64,000 bases of DNA from a virus: positions 1 to 64,000 of IMG/VR virus record IMGVR_UViG_3300032291_001823; one strand, given 5' to 3'. The stretch's first letter is position 1; each line of letters opens with the position of its first letter. The translations under genes were made by a program, and so were the position numbers. The notes beneath the pieces are model-generated. The model was not told where the DNA came from and made no database searches. It saw only the letters and a list, made by a program, of their open reading frames with translations. Below, one piece after another: positions 7,946-17,235 of this stretch.

Positions 7946-8257
7946 TTAGCTTGGATAGCAATCTGTTACAACTTGAGGACATTCATTGTAAATCCACCAC
8001 TCTGAGCCGTCATATTCTCCTCTTGTTCCCCATGTATTATTATTAAACCATATAGTTCCATATAAATACTGAAGTCCATATCCAGCGTCATAATCAAAAT
8101 CAAGACTATTTAGGAAGTCTTGATATTGTTCCTCTGTATATCCAATACGAAGGACCGTCTGTTTTTCTTTAAAATCATCATCTGTAAAAGTGATGATGGC
8201 ACAAATAACGTTTGGAAGGCCAGTTACAAAGTCTTGAAATTCTTCTTTTGCGTTCAT
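7946..8257 (-). CDS. conserved hypothetical phage protein (YDAGYG...GTIWF...RGEYDGSEWW)
   Basis: 103-aa ORF with a recognisable phage-family motif. Confidence 0.8.
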   Translation of the reverse strand: MNAKEEFQDFVTGLPNVICAIITFTDDDFKEKQTVLRIGYTEEQYQDFLNSLDFDYDAGYGLQYLYGTIWFNNNTWGTRGEYDGSEWWIYNECPQVVTDCYPS

Positions 8258-8604
8258 TATTCTTGATTTAATATGTCATCTAATTTATTACATTCACCAT
8301 TAGCTATTGTTCCCAATTTACGACCAAAATCATATATTACAACACTATCTTCCTCCATAAACAGCTGAAATTCACTTGATTCTGTAATAACTAAGTCTTG
8401 ATTACGCTTCCATTGTCCTGTAATAAGACCATTTGCCACCTCCTCAGCATAAAAATGCTCATATAGAACACCATTAGCTTTTACATTAAATATAGGACGA
8501 CCCTCATCATCATCCCATAATTCTGTTACAATAACATCAGATTGTTCCTTCAGAGAACAAGAAAATAAGGCAAAAACAAACATAATAGCAACTAAATACT
8601 TCAT
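8257..8604 (-). CDS. putative lipoprotein
   Basis: Start moved to ATG 8604: MKYLVAIMFVFALFS|C lipobox; leader TTTAAAATCAAGTAT-ATG. Confidence 0.7.
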   Translation of the reverse strand: MKYLVAIMFVFALFSCSLKEQSDVIVTELWDDDEGRPIFNVKANGVLYEHFYAEEVANGLITGQWKRNQDLVITESSEFQLFMEEDSVVIYDFGRKLGTIANGECNKLDDILNQE

Positions 8605-8866
8605 ATACTTGATTTTAAATTGGTGACAAAAGAAAAATGCAGGCCTTGCACCTGCTTGGGAGCATCTATCCCTCCAATTTCCCTCTGCACTCAAAATGTA
8701 ATACGTGTACGAACACTTTTTCTGAATACTCATGTACGAGAACACGTTATTTTACATATTACATTCTGTCAGCCCTTGGGAAGCTGTTTGTGGTGCATTA
8801 GAATAAGAATGTGTTTTCATTTCCATTAGCTTATATACACATTCAACGCCTTGCTATGTAAGGCAT

Positions 8867-8895
8867 AAAATAAAGAGCCCTGTTACAGGCTCTTT
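8867..8895 (-). terminator. hairpin terminator overlapping stop of 8883..9155
   Basis: aaagagcc-ctgt-t-acag-gctcttt, with an A-run on the left. Confidence 0.5.
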
Positions 8896-9155
8896 AATAT
8901 CCAATCCAAAGGATTTCTCCCTAATATAATATCTGTTTTAATGGCAGATATGGCATCTTGTAAACCATATCCACTCTCTAATGAATATAAATATGCATTC
9001 CTATCTGAGCCTTTAATAATAACTTCCAAACTGTTACCATTGCCAGAAGATGAAATAACATACAATGAATCAGAAGAAACAGCTAATCTATATTTACAGG
9101 GTGCAGAATAATTAACTTTAAAAGGAGTTTTGACAAATGTTTTAATGAGTTTCAT
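8883..9155 (-). CDS. hypothetical protein
   Basis: 90-aa ORF with TTAAAATCAATAAAC-ATG leader. Confidence 0.65.
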   Translation of the reverse strand: MKLIKTFVKTPFKVNYSAPCKYRLAVSSDSLYVISSSGNGNSLEVIIKGSDRNAYLYSLESGYGLQDAISAIKTDIILGRNPLDWILKSL

Positions 9156-9344
9156 GTTTATTGATTTTAATGCTTTAATTGATTTTAATGCTATGTATAT
9201 CTACGAATTTGACTGATTTTAAGGAATTTGAAATGGGTTGTGAAGGGTTTTAATGACTATACACCACCCTATTTATGTCCATATTTTCCCCACCCTATGC
9301 AACATAAGTCGTTGATTCCCACCCATATATATACATTATGTGGG

Positions 9345-9378
9345 AAAAAAAGGGCCTCCCACAAATTGTAGGAAGCCC
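9345..9378 (-). terminator. intrinsic terminator
   Basis: Minus strand GGGCTTCCTACAA-T-TTGTGGGAGGCCC followed by TTTTTTT, just after the stop at 9385. Confidence 0.8.
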
Positions 9379-9384
9379 ATGCTA

Positions 9385-9771
9385 TCAGATTGCATCAGAT
9401 TCGAGTGCTTTAATACTCTCCACACTCAAGCCAAGTGAGGAAGCCTGCTTTTTGTAAGCCGCTTCACACTCGTCGTTAAGCAATCGAGCATCATTCTTCG
9501 CAGCAAACATTTCTTCCTTAGTCTTGAAAATGCTGCAAGCCTGCACTCTGGAGAATGTTTGTCCCGTGCGCTCTTTGGTCTTCGGGTCAAGCTCGTCGAA
9601 TGTCTTAATTGCTGTGAGAGCGAAGAGTTCTTTGGGCAGAGTGTCCTTGGTCAGACCAAGTGCTTCAATCTGGCGTGCAGGAATGTGAATTCTGTCTCCG
9701 CTTGCATTGTAAGCCGTGAAATTCTGTCCGCTCTTGGATTGGCTAATGCTAATCAATTTTACAGTTTGCAT
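9385..9771 (-). CDS. hypothetical protein, first gene of leftward block
   Basis: Start moved to ATG 9771 (MQTVKLISISQSKSG...). Visibly higher GC than neighbours, with its own terminator. Confidence 0.75.
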   Translation of the reverse strand: MQTVKLISISQSKSGQNFTAYNASGDRIHIPARQIEALGLTKDTLPKELFALTAIKTFDELDPKTKERTGQTFSRVQACSIFKTKEEMFAAKNDARLLNDECEAAYKKQASSLGLSVESIKALESDAI

Positions 9772-10013
9772 TGTCTTTCGATTTAATTTTTTGTGTGTTA
9801 CATTGAATGGGGGATAGTCCCAACCACACAATCTGTACTGGGGGTTGCAATATGGAGTGGTCCCCTGTCCCATGAACATAAAACATTTCCTAATTCCTAT
9901 GTAATATCCGTGTAATGCTTTCCTTATGAAGGAATAATGGGGGGCATACCCAGATTTATATTTCTATATAGGGGGGCTTTTATATTGTCATTAACCCCCA
10001 GAAAAAAAATTAT

Positions 10014-10046
10014 TTTGTCATATATTGCTAAATACATTTACCTTTG
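10014..10046 (+). promoter_or_regulatory. Bacteroidota sigma70-type promoter
   Basis: TTTG (10014-17), 21-nt spacer, TACCTTTG (10039-46). Confidence 0.65.
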
Positions 10047-10089
10047 AGGGCGGAGGGTGGGTTTGGAATTACATTAAAAAGGGTTTTAT

Positions 10090-10323
10090 ATGATTTGGGT
10101 TATATTGTTGGTGCTTTTTAGTATTTCCTTTGTATATGGATGTATTAGGATGTATTTAGCTTCTGTGTCTTTTGAGATTATCAATCTTTCATATGGGTAT
10201 TATAATATAGGTGTACATTATAATAGGGTGTATGAGGATGAAGAAGTTTGTTACAATGAGCTTTTAATTGGATTATTTCTTATAAATATTGTGTTTGTAT
10301 TTGTAGGAGATAGTGATGGGTGA
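10090..10323 (+). CDS. small membrane protein
   Basis: 77 aa, hydrophobic N- and C-terminal segments, downstream of the promoter. Confidence 0.6.
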   Translation: MIWVILLVLFSISFVYGCIRMYLASVSFEIINLSYGYYNIGVHYNRVYEDEEVCYNELLIGLFLINIVFVFVGDSDG

Positions 10324-10376
10324 GTAATTTTTGGACATAATATGGCATTTAGATGTAATGTATTGTTCATCAAGTG

Positions 10377-10407
10377 TTTGTGGATTGTATGTAATTTTAT
10401 ATTTTTG
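10377..10407 (+). promoter_or_regulatory. Bacteroidota sigma70-type promoter (near-leaderless transcript)
   Basis: TTTG (10377-80), 19-nt spacer, TATTTTTG (10400-07); ATG at 10415. Confidence 0.65.
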
Positions 10408-10414
10408 TATTGTA

Positions 10415-10795
10415 ATGTCAACAAAAGAATTAAATAAGGAAGCTATAGGTGTTTTACAAAGGATTAAAAGGCCTGAGGAGAATGCTTATGATTTGGCAGA
10501 GAAGTATTATAAGATTATTTCTGTTGTTAATAATTTGAAGTTGACAGAGAGGGAAGTGCAATTAGTGGCATATACGGCTATTAAGGGGAATATTTCTTAT
10601 GCTAGTAATAGGAATGAGTTTTGTGAGAAGTATGACAGCTCTGAGGCAACGGTTAATAATATTATTTCCAAGCTTAAGAGGATAGGGGTGTTGGTGAAGG
10701 ATGGGAATAAGACGAAGGTGAATCCTGTTATATTGCTGGATTTTAATAAACAGTTGACATTAGAAATAAAGCTTTTACATGGAGATGGACGTTAA
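10415..10795 (+). CDS. winged HTH DNA-binding protein
   Basis: Start moved to ATG 10415. LTEREVQLV...FCEKYDSSEATVNNIISKLKRIGVLVKDGNKTKVNP fits a wHTH pattern. Confidence 0.7.
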   Translation: MSTKELNKEAIGVLQRIKRPEENAYDLAEKYYKIISVVNNLKLTEREVQLVAYTAIKGNISYASNRNEFCEKYDSSEATVNNIISKLKRIGVLVKDGNKTKVNPVILLDFNKQLTLEIKLLHGDGR

Positions 10796-11141
10796 ACCAC
10801 GATCGATGTCCATGAAGGACTATCTCGTGAGGGTGCTTGCTGTAAAGATGATGATGGCTGAGAAGACGATAGAAACTGTTATAAATCACCAGTTCCAAAG
10901 TTCTTCTGAGGCAATGTTGAATAATAGTAGTGTGGAGATAAGTGGGTTTGGGAAGTTTTATTTTAATAAGAAGAAGGCACAGAATAAGCTGGAAGCCCTT
11001 GTTTGTATAAAGGGTAAGCTGGAGGATGAGCTTAAAAAGGACACTCTTTCTGATAAACAGAGGGGTAAGCATGAAACTAGATTACAGGGTGTTTGTTCAG
11101 AAATTGATTATTTGATACAGAAAACCAATACAAATGATTAA
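10779..11141 (+). CDS. HU/IHF-like DNA-binding protein
   Basis: IETVINHQF...SSVEISGFGKFYF matches the HU/IHF signature V-x-I-x-GFG-x-F. Confidence 0.7.
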   Translation: MEMDVKPRSMSMKDYLVRVLAVKMMMAEKTIETVINHQFQSSSEAMLNNSSVEISGFGKFYFNKKKAQNKLEALVCIKGKLEDELKKDTLSDKQRGKHETRLQGVCSEIDYLIQKTNTND

Positions 11142-11445
11142 TTTTCATCAAGTGTTCGAAGGATGGAGAAATAATATTCTTCCTCCAGAGGAGATGAAAG
11201 AAGCCATTGCATCTGTGAGTGTTGAAAGGTTGGAGGTTTGTAAGGGATGTAGCTTCTACTCTGAGAACAAGAAGAAAGAAGGATGGGCTATTTTACGTCT
11301 AGACATACATTGTACAAAGTGTGGATGTACGCTTTCTGCTAAAACTAAGTGTATGTCTTGCAGTTGTCCAATAGGGTTTTGGAAGGAAGTTATTTCTCAA
11401 AAAGATGAAGAATTGATTCAAAATGAACAACAACTTAAGAATTAA
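11134..11445 (+). CDS. Cys-rich Zn-binding protein
   Basis: RLEVCKGC...CTKCGCTLSAKTKCMSCSCPIGFW. Confidence 0.75.
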   Translation: MINFHQVFEGWRNNILPPEEMKEAIASVSVERLEVCKGCSFYSENKKKEGWAILRLDIHCTKCGCTLSAKTKCMSCSCPIGFWKEVISQKDEELIQNEQQLKN

Positions 11446-11689
11446 AAAGGTGCCTCTGGAAACTTTCCTTGACATTCTTTCAGATTTGTTTGACAGGGGG
11501 GTTGATTATGTTGACATAGCAGGAACGGACGAAGAGAATGGCATCACCATATCCTTCTGTAAGGAGTATATGTCTGAGGAATTTGCTGAGAACTTTGACG
11601 CAATTCCTACAACAACAAAGTCCTCAGAAGAGATTAATATTAATCTTCCAAGTGATAGCGACGTAGATGATTTAAATGATTTAATATGA
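11423..11689 (+). CDS. acidic hypothetical protein
   Basis: 88-aa ORF in operon. Confidence 0.7.
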   Translation: MNNNLRIKKVPLETFLDILSDLFDRGVDYVDIAGTDEENGITISFCKEYMSEEFAENFDAIPTTTKSSEEININLPSDSDVDDLNDLI

Positions 11690-11868
11690 GTAGTATATTT
11701 GAAGTTTGGGTGATGATAGAGAAACTGGCAGCACTTGCTGCTACAGAAGGAGTTTCTGAAGAGATTAAGAAATTGGCAAATGCTGAAATTGAAAAGCTTT
11801 TGCATAATGTAATATTGCCAGAAGCAAAGGAGCTTTCAGCTAATTATTCTGGTATAATAACAAAATAG
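11686..11868 (+). CDS. hypothetical protein
   Basis: 60-aa ORF, ATGA-coupled. Confidence 0.65.
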   Translation: MSSIFEVWVMIEKLAALAATEGVSEEIKKLANAEIEKLLHNVILPEAKELSANYSGIITK

Positions 11869-11876
11869 AAAGGGAA

Positions 11877-12170
11877 ATGAGCAGAAAAGCCAGTTATTAC
11901 AACCAGGTTATCAATGCTCTTCAGGAACTACATACTCACTACCCATCTTATAATTTGGGTAGGCATTTAGCGACAGCTTTTTCAGACTATGGAGATTTGT
12001 GGGGAGTGACAGACAAAGAGATGGTTTTTGCATTAGATAGGTATAGGGCACAGCTTGATATGGATTATTCTCATAAGGATGAGGATTATATTGATAAGAT
12101 TGTGAAGGATGGGATGAATTTAGATAAATTATTTAAAGAAGACGAAGACGATTATGGCGACAGCTATTAA
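11877..12170 (+). CDS. hypothetical protein
   Basis: 97-aa ORF in operon. Confidence 0.7.
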   Translation: MSRKASYYNQVINALQELHTHYPSYNLGRHLATAFSDYGDLWGVTDKEMVFALDRYRAQLDMDYSHKDEDYIDKIVKDGMNLDKLFKEDEDDYGDSY

Positions 12171-12489
12171 GAAAACTACATATATTAATGCAGAGCTCGA
12201 ATGGGCTGAAGAACAGCTTAAGAGCTGGAAAGCTTATGTTGATGCCAATCCTCTACATGAGCTCAAGGATAGGATTGAATGGAAGCCTACAGCTAAGGGT
12301 GGAATGCTACCTATGGTGATTGCCTCTATTGAAGCACAGGGTAAGTTTGTTCAGGAGACAATGAAGAACTATCTTGCATTGGTTGAAGTGGTGGATAAGC
12401 TGAGGAGTATTGAAGAAGCTAAGGTGGAAGTGAGAGGAAAGGGTGAACTTAGTGCGCAGGCAGAGGAGTTTTTGAAAAATAGAAAATGA
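12154..12489 (+). CDS. conserved protein upstream of terminase; candidate terminase small subunit
   Basis: Helical 111-aa protein ATGA-coupled to the large terminase. Function inferred from position only. Confidence 0.45.
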   Translation: MATAIKKTTYINAELEWAEEQLKSWKAYVDANPLHELKDRIEWKPTAKGGMLPMVIASIEAQGKFVQETMKNYLALVEVVDKLRSIEEAKVEVRGKGELSAQAEEFLKNRK

Positions 12490-14516
12490 ACAACCTAGAA
12501 TCAATAGATTATAAGGACTGGTTCATGAATCAAAAACGAATCCCTGATAGGGATAGTGATGAGTATGTTCCGTTCTTTAATTTTCATAAAAATCTTTGTT
12601 TAAACGGTGCTATGATGAATGGGGTGTATATCAACCCCTTTTTATATTGGCACCTAAACATATGGCATACGGAGGTGGATGTTATTGATGAGAGAGGTAG
12701 AATCTCTCAGAAATACGCCAATCCACTTCTGAGGGACAACGAATGGATTGTAACAAACGAGATTGATAGAGCACAGCAGGAGAAGAAAGGACTTGTCATT
12801 CTTGGTATACGAAGGTTTGCTAAGTCTGTTCTTGAGGCAAGTTATATAGCATGGGGAGCTACATTTGATGAAAACTCCCAAAACATTATTGCTGGACTGA
12901 ACGCTCCAGATATTAAGCTTATTACAGATAAGATTGATAAGGGATTAAACTTCCTTCCAGAAGCTTGGAGATGGCAGAGAATTGAGGACAATTGGAAGAA
13001 TCAAGTGACACTGGGTATTAAAACAAAGGGAGGTGAAAGGATTCCTTTCTCCCAAATCCTCATAAGGAACCTAGACGAGGGTAATAATGAGGAAGCTATT
13101 GCTGGTACCAAGCCACGTAAATTGATTATTGACGAGATTGGTAAGGGATCTTTTCTCAGAGGATTTCAGGCAGCTGTACCTGGTTTCACTACACCTTTTG
13201 GATGGGGTTGTTCCCCTATTCTTACAGGTACTGGTGGTGATATGAAGAAGTTTATGGATGCAAAGAGCTTAATGTTTGACGTAGACAATTTTAACTTTCT
13301 TACATATAACAATGACAAAGATACAGCAAGAGTGCACGGATTATTCATCTCGTACAAATATAGGATGGAGGCAAAAGAGGAGTCTAGCCTTGGTGAATTC
13401 CTTAAGGAACCTACTGGTAGCGATTTACACAACATTAAGATGTTGGTTAGCAATGAGGAAAAGGCAGTCAATATAACTACAGCCAACTTAGAACGTCTAA
13501 AGAAAGCAGGAGACAGGATAGCATATCTGAAGGAAAAGATGTACTATCCATTAGAAGTGGATGACATTTTCCTAAACGAGGATACAAATATATTTGATAT
13601 TGAGGCTGCTAAAAGACAGAAAACTAGGCTTTTATACCAAGAACGTACAGGCACCCCAGTGATATTGTTCTCTGATGGAGAAAAGATTGGTCATGATTTT
13701 ACAGATAAATTACCAATTACAAACTTCCCATTAAAGAACTCAGACGCAAAGGATGCCCCTATTGTAATATATGAGTTTCCTGTAAACAACCCTCCTTATG
13801 GATTGTACGTAGCAGGAGTTGACCCGTATAGACAAGGACAATCAGCATACAGTTCCTCTTTAGGAGCTGTATACGTATATAAAAGAATGCATGATATTAC
13901 AGGGGAGAAATATCAGGACATGTTTGTTGCTTCCTACGTAGCAAGACCTGATAAGAAGGAAAAGTGGGAAGAGCAGGCTAGATTGCTTATAAAATATTAT
14001 AACGCAAGAACTCTGTGTGAGAATGATGATATTTCCTTCATAGAATACATGAAAGCCAAGGGAGATGCCCATTATTTGGAGAAACAACCCCAATGGTTGA
14101 TGGAAGTTGTGCCAAACACAACAGTGAAACGTGAATACGGCATACACAGGAGCTCCCAGAAAATAATAGACTATCTTCACAACTGTCTTAAGAAGTATTT
14201 GGAAGATGTTATACATTCAGAAAAAGACGAGCAAGGTAATCTTATAAGAGAGGTTACAGGGGTGAGTAAGATATTTGATCCAGTGCTGCTTGAAGAGATA
14301 ATACAGTATAACGACCAGGGAAACTTCGATAGATTGGTTGCTGCAGAACTTGCTATAGCACAAGCCCTTAAAATGGACCCCATCATGGGAAGAGTTGGAG
14401 GTTCAGGAGACGAAAGAATAGCAGCTCTCTTTTCTAAGAACAAAAAGAAAAGATCCGTTATAGAGTCTTCAGGAGGAGGATTGTTTAACCATAGAAAAAA
14501 TAAACTCTTTACATAA
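12486..14516 (+). CDS. terL: terminase large subunit
   Basis: Walker A-like GIRRFAKS, Walker B LIIDEIG, coupling motif TGTGG, nuclease motifs YVAGVDPY and GNFDRLVA. Confidence 0.95.
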   Translation: MNNLESIDYKDWFMNQKRIPDRDSDEYVPFFNFHKNLCLNGAMMNGVYINPFLYWHLNIWHTEVDVIDERGRISQKYANPLLRDNEWIVTNEIDRAQQEKKGLVILGIRRFAKSVLEASYIAWGATFDENSQNIIAGLNAPDIKLITDKIDKGLNFLPEAWRWQRIEDNWKNQVTLGIKTKGGERIPFSQILIRNLDEGNNEEAIAGTKPRKLIIDEIGKGSFLRGFQAAVPGFTTPFGWGCSPILTGTGGDMKKFMDAKSLMFDVDNFNFLTYNNDKDTARVHGLFISYKYRMEAKEESSLGEFLKEPTGSDLHNIKMLVSNEEKAVNITTANLERLKKAGDRIAYLKEKMYYPLEVDDIFLNEDTNIFDIEAAKRQKTRLLYQERTGTPVILFSDGEKIGHDFTDKLPITNFPLKNSDAKDAPIVIYEFPVNNPPYGLYVAGVDPYRQGQSAYSSSLGAVYVYKRMHDITGEKYQDMFVASYVARPDKKEKWEEQARLLIKYYNARTLCENDDISFIEYMKAKGDAHYLEKQPQWLMEVVPNTTVKREYGIHRSSQKIIDYLHNCLKKYLEDVIHSEKDEQGNLIREVTGVSKIFDPVLLEEIIQYNDQGNFDRLVAAELAIAQALKMDPIMGRVGGSGDERIAALFSKNKKKRSVIESSGGGLFNHRKNKLFT

Positions 14517-17101
14517 TGGCAATAATTAGATATACAAAAGATGCTACAATACGTTATGCGTATTTAAATATATTCCCTGACCAGTTTAAAACTGAAAAGG
14601 AAAAGAGAGATGAGAGCTGGATAAAGAACACAATGGACTATTTTGCAAATAAGGCTTACGCTGAATATGTTAAAAATAGGGACACATTTGTTAAAAACTA
14701 CGATCTTGTAAAGGGCATCCTTCGTATGGAGGACTTCTATCAAGAGCCTGAGGTTAAGAGTTTTACAGAGATGCTTACAGCAGATTTGCAACTTCCTGCT
14801 TATGTAAAGCACTATTCAATAATAACAACACCGATTAACGAACTTGTTGGAGAGATATCCAAGCGTCCAGATGCATTTAGGGTGAAAGCTTTTGATGATG
14901 ACAGTCAGTCAGAGGAATTGAAGTTTAAAACAGAGATTCTTCAAAACTATGTAATGTCTCAAGCAAAGCAAAAGATTGCTGAGAAAATGGCTATGGAAGG
15001 AGCTGAGATTGATGAGGAGCAGCTTCAGCAAATGACAATTGAGCAAGTTAAGGATGAGCTAGATACATATACATCTGTTGCTGAGAAGTGGGCAAATCAC
15101 GTATTGACAGCCCAAAAAGCTGAGTTTATTCTGAAGGAAAAAGGTGAAGATGCCTTTAGAGACATGCTTATTTCTGCCAGAGAGTTCTTCCATATTTATG
15201 AGGACAACTCCAAAACTGGCTATAATGTAGAGGTGGCTAATCCAAAGAACACATGGTTTCTCACCACTCCAGATAGGAAATATATTTCTGACCCTACAGG
15301 AAGAGCTCAAGGTGCCTACGCTGCTGGTACAGTGCAGGTGATGGAGCTTTCTGAAATAATCGAATCCATACCAGATCTTACAAAGGATGAAATAGATCAC
15401 CTGAGAAGCTCTCTGCAAGACTATGGATTGATTAATGTTCGTGAATCAAACCTTGGTAATCCAGACGTATCTCCTGGTATTGATTCTGTTACATATGACA
15501 CTTATGACCCATTGGTTCTTCAGACAAGGATGATGATTGAGTCTGAGATGAAAGAGAATAATGATGGGTTGAAAGATTTTCTAGGACTCACATCAAACGT
15601 TTCCTCTTTTGGTTACAAGTATGTGGTTGTTAGATCTTATTGGTTGAGTAAGAGGAAAATAGGTAAGCTTATTTACATAGATGAACTGGGAAATGAACAG
15701 TCTATTCTGGTAGATGAAAATTATAAATCGGGAACAATCCCTACACAACAATCTCTTGAATGGGGATGGGTTAATCAGTGGTATCAAGGAACTAAGATTG
15801 GTCCTGACATCTATCACATCAAGCCTTACAAACTCTTGAACTATTGCCCTATAATAGGACTTGTTCATGAGATTAAGAACACTGAAGCTAAGAGTCTTGT
15901 AGATCTTATGAAGCCCTTCCAGGTGTTGTACAACGTATGTATGAACCAGCTTTACAAACTCCTTGAGAAAGAAGTGGGTAAGGTGTATTTGACATCTATT
16001 AGACACGTTCCTGTTCCAAAGGATGGTGATGCTCAGGATGCTCTTGATGTTTGGGAAATGGAAGCTAGAAACAGAGGTGTAGTGTTTATTGATGACTCTC
16101 CAGAGAACCTAAAAAGCCCAAGCTCATTCAACCAATTTAGAGATATTGACCTTACACGCACGCAGGAGATTCAATCTAGATATCAGCTTGCTCAACAACT
16201 CAAGAGTGAGTGTTGGGAGCTCATAGGTATGACTAGGCAGCGTATGGGTTCTATTTCAGCAAGTGAGTCTGCTACAGGTGTAAATGCAGCTGTTCAACAG
16301 TCGTATTCCCAAACAGAGCCTCTGTTTGTAGCACACGAGTATGTAATGGGTCAACTGTATCAAGCAATTATTGATGCATCTCAATATGTTGAAAGCAAAA
16401 AACCACAATCCACGCTTTCATACATCACATCTGAAGGAGAATCTGCATTCATCCAAGTTAATGGTACAGATTTGAAATTCCGTGATTTGAAAGTCTATCT
16501 TACAAATCGTCCTGAAGATAAGAAGATGTTTGATGAGATTAGAGGTCTTTCTCAGGCAGTTCTTCAAAATGGTGGTTCTCTGCATGACATAATTGAGCTT
16601 TATTCAACAAATTCTGTTAGGCAAATGAAGAGAGTGTTCAAAACTCTCAAAGAAAGGCAAGAACAACTGCAAGATCAGCAGATGCAAATGCAACAGCAGC
16701 AGATGGAGCAGCAGCAACAAATTGCTCAAGCTCAGATGGAACAAGCACAAATGCAGAACGAGCAGAAGGTTGCAAATGAAAACTACCAAAAAGAACTTGA
16801 CAGGATCAATAAAAAGGAAATTGCAATCATCCAAGCAACAGGATTTGGTAAAGTGGAGAGTGAGGATTTGAATAGCAATGCTGTTCCAGATGTCCTTGAG
16901 ATGAGCAGATTTGCTAGCGAAGAGGCTCAAGCTGCTAAAGATTACCAAATGAAAATGTCTGATATACAAAATAAGAACAGGCTTGCTGCAGAGAAAATGC
17001 AAATAGAAAGAGAGAAAATTCAATTGGCTAGAGAGAATCAAGCAAACGATTTAGCAGTAGCTAAAGAGAATGCAAAGGGCAGAAATAAAAAGAAATCGTA
17101 A
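14516..17101 (+). CDS. portal protein
   Basis: 861 aa directly after terminase; HYSIITTPINELVGE, KSLVDLMKPFQVLYN, GMTRQRMG and Q-rich C-terminal coiled coil, as in crAss-like portals. Confidence 0.9.
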   Translation: MAIIRYTKDATIRYAYLNIFPDQFKTEKEKRDESWIKNTMDYFANKAYAEYVKNRDTFVKNYDLVKGILRMEDFYQEPEVKSFTEMLTADLQLPAYVKHYSIITTPINELVGEISKRPDAFRVKAFDDDSQSEELKFKTEILQNYVMSQAKQKIAEKMAMEGAEIDEEQLQQMTIEQVKDELDTYTSVAEKWANHVLTAQKAEFILKEKGEDAFRDMLISAREFFHIYEDNSKTGYNVEVANPKNTWFLTTPDRKYISDPTGRAQGAYAAGTVQVMELSEIIESIPDLTKDEIDHLRSSLQDYGLINVRESNLGNPDVSPGIDSVTYDTYDPLVLQTRMMIESEMKENNDGLKDFLGLTSNVSSFGYKYVVVRSYWLSKRKIGKLIYIDELGNEQSILVDENYKSGTIPTQQSLEWGWVNQWYQGTKIGPDIYHIKPYKLLNYCPIIGLVHEIKNTEAKSLVDLMKPFQVLYNVCMNQLYKLLEKEVGKVYLTSIRHVPVPKDGDAQDALDVWEMEARNRGVVFIDDSPENLKSPSSFNQFRDIDLTRTQEIQSRYQLAQQLKSECWELIGMTRQRMGSISASESATGVNAAVQQSYSQTEPLFVAHEYVMGQLYQAIIDASQYVESKKPQSTLSYITSEGESAFIQVNGTDLKFRDLKVYLTNRPEDKKMFDEIRGLSQAVLQNGGSLHDIIELYSTNSVRQMKRVFKTLKERQEQLQDQQMQMQQQQMEQQQQIAQAQMEQAQMQNEQKVANENYQKELDRINKKEIAIIQATGFGKVESEDLNSNAVPDVLEMSRFASEEAQAAKDYQMKMSDIQNKNRLAAEKMQIEREKIQLARENQANDLAVAKENAKGRNKKKS

Positions 17102-17125
17102 TTATTTACGTTATAGTAAAAATCA

Positions 17126-17203
17126 CTAATGCTATATTATCGCAAAAATTGAATTCTATAATGTATTACGTCTTTGTAATTAATGCACGTTAATATATTT
17201 TTA
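17126..17203 (+). promoter_or_regulatory. putative late promoter with upstream GCTATATTAT motif
   Basis: GCTATATTAT 17131-40; TTTG 17173-76, 19-nt spacer, TATTTTTA 17196-203. Confidence 0.5.
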
Positions 17204-17235
17204 CACAGTAAACCAATAATTTAAATAAACTACAT

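Noticed and set aside
5632-10414. Track start codons at 6261, 8745, 9879 and 10331
   Set aside because: The extensions run through the tRNA-like gene, structured or promoter DNA. Downstream ATGs give proper leaders and signal peptides.
16660-16765. CAG/CAA-rich tract as a repeat element
   Set aside because: It encodes the ordinary Q/M-rich coiled coil of the portal C-terminus.
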